In this document: positions 24,640-33,695 of the stretch, piece after piece | Position numbering within the stretch: position 1 is the stretch's first letter | Layout of the letters: each line of letters begins with the position of its first letter | Position numbers and translations under genes: made by a program | DNA from: a virus | Taxonomy: Duplodnaviria > Caudoviricetes | IMG/VR virus record: IMGVR_UViG_3300038679_000051 | Location: 96,001 to 160,000 of that record | Length of the DNA stretch: 64,000 bases | Strand: one strand, 5' to 3' | Notes under the pieces: model-generated | The model's database searches: none | The model's input: only the letters and a program-made list of their open reading frames with translations | Told to the model about the DNA's origin: nothing

Positions 24640-24846
24640 TTATTCAGCCGAGAACTCGACCTCACCCAACGGGAAGGGTCCGAACCCCTTGGTACAGACA
24701 TGGGTCTTTTCTCCCGCACCCATGATGTAGCTGATGGTCCTGATCTTGTCCTCGCCAGAAATCCGGATTTTATCCCCGACCTTGAGGTTTTCCCCGGCTT
24801 TCCCCACTTTTAGGGACCCCGTGTCGTTGTTGAGTACCTTCGCCAT
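24640..24846 (-). CDS. Small beta-barrel (SH3/KOW-like) protein, paralog 1; first gene of the leftward block
   Basis: Near-identical to 24292-24507; its stop abuts HH-H stem I. Confidence 0.7.
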   Translation of the reverse strand: MAKVLNNDTGSLKVGKAGENLKVGDKIRISGEDKIRTISYIMGAGEKTHVCTKGFGPFPLGEVEFSAE

Positions 24847-24905
24847 AGTAGTATCTCCCTCTCTCAGAAAAACCAGACGAGCAGGCCAGCCGACCAGCCA
24901 GTCGG

Positions 24906-24961
24906 CCCCGTCCCGCCCGTCCCGTCCCCCGCCCCACCCGCGCCCCGCCCCCGCCCGGCCC
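24906..24961 (-). other. G-rich low-complexity tract with G-quadruplex potential
   Basis: Eleven runs of 3 or more C on the plus strand (G on the minus strand) separated by 1-3 nt. Confidence 0.75.
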
Positions 24962-24982
24962 GCGCCGGGCGATCCGATTCCT

Positions 24983-25355
24983 TTCCAGCGAGAGATATAT
25001 TCCGTATGCGACCCTTAACTAAAAATCATAACTATCTTGTTCTTCCAGCGAGCGAGAGATATATTCCATATGCGACCCCTGCATGTTTGGTAGAACAATA
25101 ACTAAAAATCATAACTGTACACACATTGTCCATATTTCCGTGTGCAGTGAGGTAATGAAATTGAGCCGACAGGCATTTCTGTGAGTGCAACTAATGCACA
25201 CACCACAACGTTCAATGAGACAATAACTAAAAAATCATAACTGTACACACATTGTCCATATGATTGAAGCATAACAGAACATCACAATGTTTGCAAAACA
25301 ATAGTATTTTAATGAGACGATAACTAAAAATCATAACTGTACACACATTGTCCAT
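24983..25355. repeat. Iteron-like direct repeats in the divergent non-coding junction
   Basis: aactaaaaatcataactgtacacacattgtccat at 25100, 25225 and 25322, a half copy at 25017, and ttccagcg..agagatatattcc(g/a)tatgcgaccc at 24983 and 25043. Confidence 0.85.
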
Positions 25356-25480
25356 GTTACTGTATTTATTGCCTTTTTCTGTGTGTTTTTTGTGTGTTAT
25401 GTCAAACATATTGGAGAACATTGGCGCAATACAATAATTCTGTATTGCCTGCTTTGAAAAATCAAAAGGAGAAAAATTTC

Positions 25481-27433
25481 ATGTACCAGGACATTACGGA
25501 AGCTGATCTACCCAAAAAGGCACCGGTGCCAATGATGCCTACGGCGGATATTAAAAAACTGAGAACGGCTGCGCAACCGGAAGCGGCTAAAGCTGTTGCA
25601 GGACGATTGGAGAAGATTGATCCAAAAGTGCTCGCTGCTATGGCACATGCTCGTACTGAAAGAGGTACGGCGACGAAGAGCATGCAACATGGCATTGGTG
25701 GTGGTCCAGTTGATTTGTTACCACCGGCAGTGGTCAATGATTTCAGGGCCGCTCTACCACATTTTATTGATGTGGCGGCGGCTGGTGGTTATAGTCCTAG
25801 AAGGGTCGAACAAAATGATTTAGATGATGTCAAATCAGGCGAAGAAAAACCGGCCTGGTGGCATAACATGAATGAGAAACTTACGGAAATTAAAACTAAG
25901 GTTAAATCGATTTTTGAATTACACATTGATGATGCTGCATTGTTAGGTAGACATTCGAAACAAATAGATGACATGCATACGATGGGTCAGATGTTTGGTT
26001 ATTTGATGGCTGCGCTGCAACCACCTAAAGAAGAAACGGACGTTATGCGTACTGCTGCTGGTGAGATCAATAAAGCATTGAGAGGACCATATGTGGACGA
26101 TGACGATGATCCAACCGCCGAAACGGAAATATACGGCGATTGGTATAAACGAGCCGAAAAAATCGGATGGGATCGAGAGACTGGCATGCAAAAAGGTTGG
26201 AAATATCTTGAAGACAAGGACGGTAACGTCATTGAAACGCCAGATGGAGAATTGAAACGAAAACAGGGTGCCATACTTGAAGCATTGAAGAAGGAATTCC
26301 TGACTATCATGTATGCACAATTAATGGTACACGAAACGCTGTTGAAGGGCGACAATAAAAATAAACAAAAACTTGAACGAGATGCACAAGTAAGTAAACA
26401 GAGATATGAACATTGGGAAAATGAAATGGCTTTGCTTAAGAATGAAATCATTCACGATGAATACCCATTTACGAGATTTTTTCAATTGATGGAATCGATT
26501 ATACAAAAATCGGCACTCGGCGGCGGTGCCGTATTCCGGAAAGAACGTGACAAACACGCACTGGGCCGTAAGGGGAGACAAGAATTCAGATCACAAAAAG
26601 AATGGGATGACCTAGTACAACAAGTCACGCAACGTGCGAAGGACCCACAATCATCCCCAAATAAATATCAAGACATTGTCGATGAATACGTTGCAAAAGG
26701 TGCAAGCAAACAAGAGATCAATGACCTGATACGGACCGTTGAGGCCGAAAACGCATTCAAATGGGAACGGGAGAGAACTAAAATGAAAGAATCGACGGAA
26801 AAAACAAGTGTGCCACTAGTCGAAGTTGATCAAGAAGGACCAATCAATCTTGCTGATCGACCAGGTAATCCTGCACATACCTTCCAAAAAGTGTACCAAG
26901 AATTTGTTAAGAGATCTGAATTGCAACCAGTCACGCAACAGGATTATGACGACACTAAAAACGTTTGGTTCAATGCCATTAACACGCACATTGGCCATGG
27001 CATAAGCCAAAAGAATGCAAATAGAGTGTTTGAAGGCGTGAAAAAAATCGAAAACGATTACCCTGATTTACAGAAGAGATTCGAGAAATTATTGTTTTAT
27101 GGGACTAATTGGTTACTCTCCGCTATGGGTCTTAGTTCTGAATCATTTGAAATGATCGTCGACGATACGCTAGAATGTCTATTCGAAATAGATGAAAAAC
27201 GGCTTATAGCGATCATATCTGAATCTAAAACGCTATCCGAAGGCAAAGAAGAATCAATTGCCATGCTCCGCGAATTGTTAAACAAGGCGAAGCTAGGCGA
27301 CCTAACTAAATACGACATACACAACACCATCAAAAAACACGTTCCAGCCATGGAACGAAACACGCAACAATACGAAGACCTGTTCGACGGCCTACAAAGT
27401 GCATTGGAATCATACGGTAAAATCGTTGCCTAA
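25481..27433 (+). CDS. Large helical hypothetical protein (likely start MYQDIT)
   Basis: Long ORF; SD AAGGAG before the ATG at 25481. Confidence 0.75.
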   Translation: MYQDITEADLPKKAPVPMMPTADIKKLRTAAQPEAAKAVAGRLEKIDPKVLAAMAHARTERGTATKSMQHGIGGGPVDLLPPAVVNDFRAALPHFIDVAAAGGYSPRRVEQNDLDDVKSGEEKPAWWHNMNEKLTEIKTKVKSIFELHIDDAALLGRHSKQIDDMHTMGQMFGYLMAALQPPKEETDVMRTAAGEINKALRGPYVDDDDDPTAETEIYGDWYKRAEKIGWDRETGMQKGWKYLEDKDGNVIETPDGELKRKQGAILEALKKEFLTIMYAQLMVHETLLKGDNKNKQKLERDAQVSKQRYEHWENEMALLKNEIIHDEYPFTRFFQLMESIIQKSALGGGAVFRKERDKHALGRKGRQEFRSQKEWDDLVQQVTQRAKDPQSSPNKYQDIVDEYVAKGASKQEINDLIRTVEAENAFKWERERTKMKESTEKTSVPLVEVDQEGPINLADRPGNPAHTFQKVYQEFVKRSELQPVTQQDYDDTKNVWFNAINTHIGHGISQKNANRVFEGVKKIENDYPDLQKRFEKLLFYGTNWLLSAMGLSSESFEMIVDDTLECLFEIDEKRLIAIISESKTLSEGKEESIAMLRELLNKAKLGDLTKYDIHNTIKKHVPAMERNTQQYEDLFDGLQSALESYGKIVA

Positions 27434-27436
27434 TGC

Positions 27437-27760
27437 TTAGATTGTTCCATCATTGCGTACTTCCGTTCGGCCTACGCTCAATTTCTTTAAAATCATCCTC
27501 GCCATGTCCACGGCACAATATAACTGTGGGTTTTCCTTCTCAACATCCTCAAGTTCGTCTAACTCCATTGCCGCAAACGTCTCAAGGTTATCCAATACCC
27601 AAATAAGCCTCGGCAACAATGCGGTCGCAGTCGCGTTTTGTAGAGACTCATCAGATTGTATCCCAAAGTCGGCTATATGTCGTCCTTTATCGTCAACAAC
27701 CGCACATTGTCCATGGCCCTGCGTATCCACGTGCCAGTTTTCATTTTTAAAATCCTTCAT
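27437..27760 (-). CDS. Hypothetical protein
   Basis: 107-aa ORF. Confidence 0.55.
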   Translation of the reverse strand: MKDFKNENWHVDTQGHGQCAVVDDKGRHIADFGIQSDESLQNATATALLPRLIWVLDNLETFAAMELDELEDVEKENPQLYCAVDMARMILKKLSVGRTEVRNDGTI

Positions 27761-28047
27761 TTTTCTATCCTCCCCATGAAATCGTCGCTTATGACTACTG
27801 GGCGTTCAAAATTTCGACGTGCTTGGTTGAATTGTTTCATGAATTCCTCTTTCTCATTTGAATTCATGGTCTCATCGATAATTTTAATGGCCTCTTCATC
27901 AAAACCATTTTTTAGCCAATCATAAATGTGTCCCATTCGTTCATGTGCAATTACAGCTGGATCATTGCCAGTCGCCAATGCCTCTGAAGCGATGCTGGAC
28001 TCGAAAATTTTAACGATCATATCATCCATTTGGTTCCTCCTCTGCAA
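27757..28047 (-). CDS. Hypothetical protein
   Basis: 96-aa ORF with SD GAGGAGG upstream. Confidence 0.5.
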   Translation of the reverse strand: MQRRNQMDDMIVKIFESSIASEALATGNDPAVIAHERMGHIYDWLKNGFDEEAIKIIDETMNSNEKEEFMKQFNQARRNFERPVVISDDFMGRIEK

Positions 28048-28167
28048 ACGTCTTTAATCTATGTCATCAAATTCGTCAATTTATTTTTAAAATTGACGGA
28101 TTTATTCATTGCATATAAGTATTTAATGATTTGTGAATGATTCCATTTTCATCCAAAGGAGAAGAAA

Positions 28168-29433
28168 ATGTCTAATACTGATTTTGTGTTCAATGCCGGA
28201 AAATTGACGTTTGTAATGGATGGTGGGGCCGGAAGTTCTGGAAAAGGAAAAATTGGATCATTTATAGCAGAAAATTCGAGTAGTTGGCAATTTGCATGTC
28301 ATGCATTTATGTCAAATGCAGCGCACATAGTAATAATAGAATCTGGTAAACAATATTTATACCAATGTTTATCTTCAATGGCATATTTACATCAACGATA
28401 TGAGAAAATTTATATATGTGGTGGAGCAGTAATAGAATTGCCAGCATTATTGAAGGAGATCGAAGAAAATGGAATCCCGAAAGATAAAATTGGCATCCAT
28501 CCACTAGTGGCCATAGTCCAACAAATTGACATTGACTATGAATGTGGTTTGTGTGATTTGGACGGAAATTATTTCCAAGAACGACGAGTTTGTGAGAATC
28601 TCAAATTAGGTTCGACACTGCACGGAGTCGGTGCCGCACGAGCACGACGCATTTTGCGTAAAAACAATGCTTTATACGCAAAAGACGTACCCGAATTGCA
28701 GGAATATATATGTGATTCTCGTGCCGAAATAGTGACTAGACTAAACGGCGGCCAGTCAGGCATCTGTGAGATTGCTCAAGGATTCCAATTGGGATATTTG
28801 GAACCACGGTTCGCACCGAAGACGACGAGCCGCAATTGTACCGTCGCGGCCGCACTAGATGATTGTGGCATTCCGCCATTTTATGCTGGAAACGTAATCA
28901 TTAACTTTAGAACATATCCAATCCGCGTAAACAACAACAAATATGTAGATTCTAGAAATGGCAAGATTTTGAATCACGAGGAAATATCGCAAATGAAAAT
29001 TAAAGGCGACGATGGTTATGTCGAGACAATTAAAGGCGACAGTGGTGCTTGTTATGAAGATCAACAGGAAATCACCTGGGATAAAGTAACGAATGACAGC
29101 GGCATCAAGAACATCGACCCATCAGCCGAAATTAGAGAAACGACGTCACTCACTAAGTTGGAACGACGCGTATACAATTGGTCCAAAATCAATTTAAGAG
29201 ATGCAATCATTTATAATAAAACGAATGGTAAAACGTTTATTTCAGTTAATTTTATGAATTACGTTGACGCCACGTTAACCGGTAAACGAGGAATGGTTGT
29301 CGACGTCATGCACAATCATCCTAGAGCATCTGCGTGGTTGCAAAACAACGTCATGCAGGTAACAAATGGAACTGGTGCAATGTTGAAGTTTCTTGGTACC
29401 GGCGCAAAATCAAACGACATGGTTTGCTTCTGA
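28168..29433 (+). CDS. purZ: PurZ, N6-succino-2-amino-2'-deoxyadenylate synthase (PurA paralog)
   Basis: GSSGKG (Ser at PurA Asp13), NAAH, LGST..GVGAA, EIAQG, TTSR.CT...DCGIP, RTYPIRV (Ile at Thr271), TTSLTKLERR (Leu at Arg303), NFMNY in place of TKLD, and G.GAK..D. Confidence 0.88.
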   Translation: MSNTDFVFNAGKLTFVMDGGAGSSGKGKIGSFIAENSSSWQFACHAFMSNAAHIVIIESGKQYLYQCLSSMAYLHQRYEKIYICGGAVIELPALLKEIEENGIPKDKIGIHPLVAIVQQIDIDYECGLCDLDGNYFQERRVCENLKLGSTLHGVGAARARRILRKNNALYAKDVPELQEYICDSRAEIVTRLNGGQSGICEIAQGFQLGYLEPRFAPKTTSRNCTVAAALDDCGIPPFYAGNVIINFRTYPIRVNNNKYVDSRNGKILNHEEISQMKIKGDDGYVETIKGDSGACYEDQQEITWDKVTNDSGIKNIDPSAEIRETTSLTKLERRVYNWSKINLRDAIIYNKTNGKTFISVNFMNYVDATLTGKRGMVVDVMHNHPRASAWLQNNVMQVTNGTGAMLKFLGTGAKSNDMVCF

Positions 29434-29459
29434 TTTGTAAAGTCTAAAAGGATAAATGT

Positions 29460-29933
29460 GTGACTAAAGAATGCAATAAGTGTGGCATACAAAAACCGCT
29501 TACCGCCTTTTCTAAAAATAAGAGTGATTCAAGTGGGTATTTTCGTTGGTGCAGAGAATGTTGGAACGCAGCAAGAAGAAAACGATATGCCAAAAATCCA
29601 GAACCGTTCAAATTGGCTGGTGAAAGGTACAGAAACAAGAAGGAATTAATGCTGTCTGAATGTTTTTGGTGTCATAAACCGGCCGTGAAATTATCGGCGA
29701 TCATACCAGGAACGTCGAGATTAGTCCCGACATGCAATGGGTGTTCATATGATGCTACCATTTTCGGTAGATTGAATAATGATAAAACAATAGAAATCTT
29801 ATCATCACTAAATGAAGACGACCTTAATAAGATAAGACACATTCTTATCGGTGAGGCACTAAACGTGAAATCTGCGATAGATGCAATGAATCTCTACGAC
29901 AAACATAAAAAAGAGAGGAAAGTGACAAAATGA
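29460..29933 (+). CDS. Zinc-finger protein (endonuclease-associated type N-terminus)
   Basis: KECNKCG..KPLTAF.KNK...GY..WCREC and a second CxxC...CxxC. Confidence 0.6.
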   Translation: MTKECNKCGIQKPLTAFSKNKSDSSGYFRWCRECWNAARRKRYAKNPEPFKLAGERYRNKKELMLSECFWCHKPAVKLSAIIPGTSRLVPTCNGCSYDATIFGRLNNDKTIEILSSLNEDDLNKIRHILIGEALNVKSAIDAMNLYDKHKKERKVTK

Positions 29934-30286
29934 ATGTGATCATTTCAACTGGGATTGTGGTCGACAAACCAACATCATCAGGATTAATATATAATCGACA
30001 GACTGTGCAGAAAATTATAGATGATTTTAATAAAAATCCCAATGACGTGTGTGGTGGGTTATTAAATCGTAAATCAATTGAAAAAATTGGTAAGAAGACA
30101 CACAAGGTGAAAAGCGTCTTTCTACATAATGACGAATTAATGATGAATGCAGACATAATTGACGAATCAATTATGGACGATCTGAAAAATGGACAATTTG
30201 TCGCCAAACCAATAGTAATCAATGAATTGAACCAACCCACGAACGTAAAGGGTTTGCGCAGAATAGACATTGAGAGACGAAAATGA
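29930..30286 (+). CDS. Degenerate prohead-protease-fold protein
   Basis: DKPTSSGLIYNRQTVQKII...GGLLNR...THKVK resembles gp21 N.NGRIY...GEL.HP...SH, but the catalytic His/Ser are not evident. Confidence 0.4.
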   Translation: MNVIISTGIVVDKPTSSGLIYNRQTVQKIIDDFNKNPNDVCGGLLNRKSIEKIGKKTHKVKSVFLHNDELMMNADIIDESIMDDLKNGQFVAKPIVINELNQPTNVKGLRRIDIERRK

Positions 30287-30714
30287 ATTTCAAAAATAGA
30301 TTATCCTTGATTATGGAAGACGTATTGTGTGAAGTAAGATATATGCATCTTATCTATGGACCCACAGACGACCCAGGGACTCGGAAATGGCAGGACAATC
30401 AAAACGAGAAATTTCAACGAGGACAAGCCACAGTCTATCTTAATACTATCGACGAATTATTGAAAAAATACTCCACACAACCAAGCGTCGAACAAATCAA
30501 GACAATAATAGACAAAAATTTTGAGTCATTGCTCACACGGTTGAATCTCCAGAATTTATATAATACGGCTTCTTATAGAAAATATATGAATTACATATCA
30601 AATTTTTTACATGAGAAATGGGACATGTTAGAGATTTTTGCTGACGTCGATGGCGATGAGTCAATTGACCAAGAATTAATTGATCGCCTTGCTGGTGGGC
30701 AGGATCGTGAATAA
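30283..30714 (+). CDS. Hypothetical protein
   Basis: 143-aa ORF whose start overlaps the upstream stop. Confidence 0.55.
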   Translation: MNFKNRLSLIMEDVLCEVRYMHLIYGPTDDPGTRKWQDNQNEKFQRGQATVYLNTIDELLKKYSTQPSVEQIKTIIDKNFESLLTRLNLQNLYNTASYRKYMNYISNFLHEKWDMLEIFADVDGDESIDQELIDRLAGGQDRE

Positions 30715-30762
30715 TTGACTGTAGATCAAATCGCGATAAAAATCCTCTGAGGAGGACAAGCG

Positions 30763-31113
30763 ATGATCAGAACATATGACATTAAAGCTAAAAGACACCG
30801 GTTTGATCCAACCGACGAAGAAATAAAATTATATGAATGGATCAGAAACAACATTGAAATTCGTCCCTCGATTAGGAAAAACGGTCATGAAATGGTACGA
30901 ATTACCGATCATAAAGGCATTTTTTATATGAATCCAATGTACATGATGAATATGCCAAAAGAAATCATATCATTAGTCATCAAAGTTGCAAGAAATCAAC
31001 ATCCAAAATTTAATGGCGATGATGGCGAATTGTGCAGCATGATTTTAGAAAATAAATTGTCGTTGGATTTGTGCACCACCCCATATTATGAATATGAAAC
31101 ATTTGAAGTTTAG
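30763..31113 (+). CDS. Hypothetical protein
   Basis: 116-aa ORF with SD GAGGAGG upstream. Confidence 0.55.
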   Translation: MIRTYDIKAKRHRFDPTDEEIKLYEWIRNNIEIRPSIRKNGHEMVRITDHKGIFYMNPMYMMNMPKEIISLVIKVARNQHPKFNGDDGELCSMILENKLSLDLCTTPYYEYETFEV

Positions 31114-31224
31114 TGACCGACGTTTGGCCGAGGAGAAAAGATGAGCGAACGAATTGGGGGTAGGTGATGGTTGTCGAGGGGGTCACTGAAGAGAGATTAG
31201 CGAAGGTGAAATGGGAGCGCACCA

Positions 31225-31827
31225 ATGACCGCTGAAACTGCGGAACTCATGGAAAGACGTGCTTTTCTTTCTAATGATCATTCTATTGCAACCCAACTGG
31301 GCATTGACGTGCTCAATGCAAGCCCGGATTGGGACGAGCACACTGTTCATCCTCAAACAGGTCCTAAGCCTTTGTGGAGCTTAACTATAAAAATGGAAAC
31401 ACCCAAAGAGATGCCGTTCAATAACTTCGGCAATGAACCGATTTTTGATGCTCCAAGAAGGACGATGGATTGGGTGCGACCGGTTGCAAAAAAACTGGAT
31501 GAGTTGTTGTCTCTTCCTCAAAACTGGGATTCTTACGGCGCTCCGAAGATCGCCGATTCCGTGGTTCCCACGGTAATCGGTCTCTTACAAGATGTGATGC
31601 TACCCACCACTCCGATTCCACAAATTTTTCCGACAAGTTCAGGGGGCGTTCAGTTGGAATGGCACCAAAACGGTGTTGACTTAGAAATCGAAATTGATCC
31701 GCACGACTTTGCGCACGTTCATTTCGTTTGTGAAAATTCCGTGCAAAGTGAAGAATTTGAGGGGGAGGCGTCAACTCATCAAAAAGAATTGGCGGAACAA
31801 ATTCGTTTTTTATCAAACTGCAAATAA
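31225..31827 (+). CDS. Conserved bacterial-type hypothetical protein
   Basis: LDEL.SLP.NWDSYGAP.I...P.IFPT.SGGVQLEW...DLEIEI motif. Confidence 0.6.
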   Translation: MTAETAELMERRAFLSNDHSIATQLGIDVLNASPDWDEHTVHPQTGPKPLWSLTIKMETPKEMPFNNFGNEPIFDAPRRTMDWVRPVAKKLDELLSLPQNWDSYGAPKIADSVVPTVIGLLQDVMLPTTPIPQIFPTSSGGVQLEWHQNGVDLEIEIDPHDFAHVHFVCENSVQSEEFEGEASTHQKELAEQIRFLSNCK

Positions 31828-31834
31828 TCGAATT

Positions 31835-32566
31835 TCAATTCCTTAATTCTTTCTGTGCTATTTTCCAGAATTCTATTGCCCATCGTCTAGATTGACCAGT
31901 CGTTAATAACGGTATAACATTATCTTCTATCCATTCCTGGTCGATATTGTTTATTTTAATTAATTCTGCATAATCACCACGATCCTTCAGACGACCAGCA
32001 GAAATCTTGAGTGCCAACAATCTAGGCAAACTGACATAATGCAAACCAGCTGATTTATCTTCTGTGGCAGGGAATTTAATTTTACTTTGTGGATGTGTCA
32101 ACATTCCCTCTGGATAGAGATTGATTTCCAATTCACCACGTTTGAATTTATTGTGCCCAATAAACTGAAAACCAGCCGCTTCTAATTCGTTGGCTAATTT
32201 TTGAGCATCAATCGCCGACGTAACTACATCAATGTCTTCCGTCGTTCGTTTATAATTGTATTTCGGTAGAGCAGCACCCCCTATGATCATCGCCGAGATG
32301 TTTGTGCGTTTCGTGATGTCATCTAAAATGTCAATAGTCGTTGATATGTGCTCAAATAATTGGAAGCATTGCTTAGTCTTATGTAAATTTGAGATCCGCA
32401 TGGCAATTCCTCTCATTTTAAAATTTTCTTTTTTGATTAATGGACATTTTTTAAAATTTGCTCGTCGCCATATTACAAGTGGTGGGAAACAGACAAATGT
32501 TGATATCTGTTTGATTGTCTTATTAAGATAATGATCCTTAAGATATTCATCTTCTCCGTAGTCCAT
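31835..32566 (-). CDS. Pol-beta superfamily nucleotidyltransferase (true start probably internal, near MRISN)
   Basis: IIGGAAL..YNYKRTTEDIDVV...LLALKISAGRLKDRGD. Confidence 0.75.
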   Translation of the reverse strand: MDYGEDEYLKDHYLNKTIKQISTFVCFPPLVIWRRANFKKCPLIKKENFKMRGIAMRISNLHKTKQCFQLFEHISTTIDILDDITKRTNISAMIIGGAALPKYNYKRTTEDIDVVTSAIDAQKLANELEAAGFQFIGHNKFKRGELEINLYPEGMLTHPQSKIKFPATEDKSAGLHYVSLPRLLALKISAGRLKDRGDYAELIKINNIDQEWIEDNVIPLLTTGQSRRWAIEFWKIAQKELRN

Positions 32567-32630
32567 TTATATTTTGTCAATGCTTCAGATATTTTGTTTG
32601 AGCAAGACATATTTTTAAAATACATAAAAT

Positions 32631-33686
32631 TTAATTGAAAATTATGCTCCATCTTGTTATGATTTCAAAATTATTTGATTTTTTGACGGGAGTGGCTAGC
32701 ACGCGATGCGCGAATATTCTCATTGTGTCTTTGTATGCTCCGATCTGTCCGACCAGGACCTGTTGATTTGCGTCTGTCGGCACTCTATCTAATTGAATGT
32801 CTCTACCACCGGGTAATTTGTCCATAACCAGATAGTACGGAGTAATCTGTCCAAGAGTGTCATCAGCAATTGATCCGCCAGCAGATACCAATTTGATCAT
32901 GTCGCCGGTTCTAATTAAATCAATTAATGCCTCAGATGGATCCAACGTTATGACGTCTGTCCCATTGGCGATCACCGATAATGGCGTCCCATCTGAATGT
33001 CCTTCCATAAATAACGAATGAGGATCACATTCACATGCGCTCACATGATCTAATTTTTTCCCAGCGACTAATGCCACCTCACATATTGTGAAATAATCGC
33101 TATCAGTTAGACCAAAACCATTATATTCATCGAGCATCAATGTAGTTTGGAGATTCACTATATTGTTTATTGTCCTTACGTCTGCCTGCAATAATGGCGT
33201 ACCGGCCGGTTGTGCAGTTGGTTCGAAAGAGACTGATTCGATGCGTTTCAATGCTCTATACGGTTCGGCAATCGGTATGGCATTAATCAACCCACCACCA
33301 TATTCAGCTCCAACGCCTAAACGGATTGGGACCTTTGTGCCAGTGACTGGATCGGTGACATAATATCTTGGATCATCAGCGTCTAATGGTACACCATTAG
33401 GATCAAAACTTGCCCCAAATAAAATGTATTTGACGCCGTATTCACCATCAGGATCAAATGTGGTTGGCTCCCACGCACCAGTGCCAGTGCCGCCTACTGG
33501 GTTCCACACCTCATTAAATGGCATGCGATGTGATAAAATTTCCTTCGCATGTATCTTAATTAAATTACGATCAATTATTCTATCCACGACATCACCGTTT
33601 TTGTCCTTGATGATGAATTCGAGCATGCCAGCCATCGGTCCAGCATTCCCTTTGTGAACCTCATCAAACATTTTAACTGTAGCCAC
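32631..33686 (-). CDS. Baseplate/tail-associated structural protein
   Basis: N-terminal EFIIKDKNG.VV....RNLI; C-terminal FTICEVAL...IFAHRV..PVKKSNNFEIITRWSIIF, typical of baseplate/tail-fibre anchor domains. Confidence 0.6.
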   Translation of the reverse strand: MATVKMFDEVHKGNAGPMAGMLEFIIKDKNGDVVDRIIDRNLIKIHAKEILSHRMPFNEVWNPVGGTGTGAWEPTTFDPDGEYGVKYILFGASFDPNGVPLDADDPRYYVTDPVTGTKVPIRLGVGAEYGGGLINAIPIAEPYRALKRIESVSFEPTAQPAGTPLLQADVRTINNIVNLQTTLMLDEYNGFGLTDSDYFTICEVALVAGKKLDHVSACECDPHSLFMEGHSDGTPLSVIANGTDVITLDPSEALIDLIRTGDMIKLVSAGGSIADDTLGQITPYYLVMDKLPGGRDIQLDRVPTDANQQVLVGQIGAYKDTMRIFAHRVLATPVKKSNNFEIITRWSIIFN

Positions 33687-33695
33687 GATTATCTC

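Noticed and set aside
25017-25355. CRISPR array suggested by the 34-35-bp direct repeats
   Set aside because: Only three full copies, spacers of unequal and excessive length (about 90 and 62 bp), non-palindromic AT-rich repeats, and no cas genes in the window.
28168-29433. Ordinary adenylosuccinate synthetase (PurA) or PurZ0
   Set aside because: It lacks the catalytic Asp13 and Arg303 equivalents and the guanine-specific KxD motif, and has the NF..Y motif of ATP-using PurZ.
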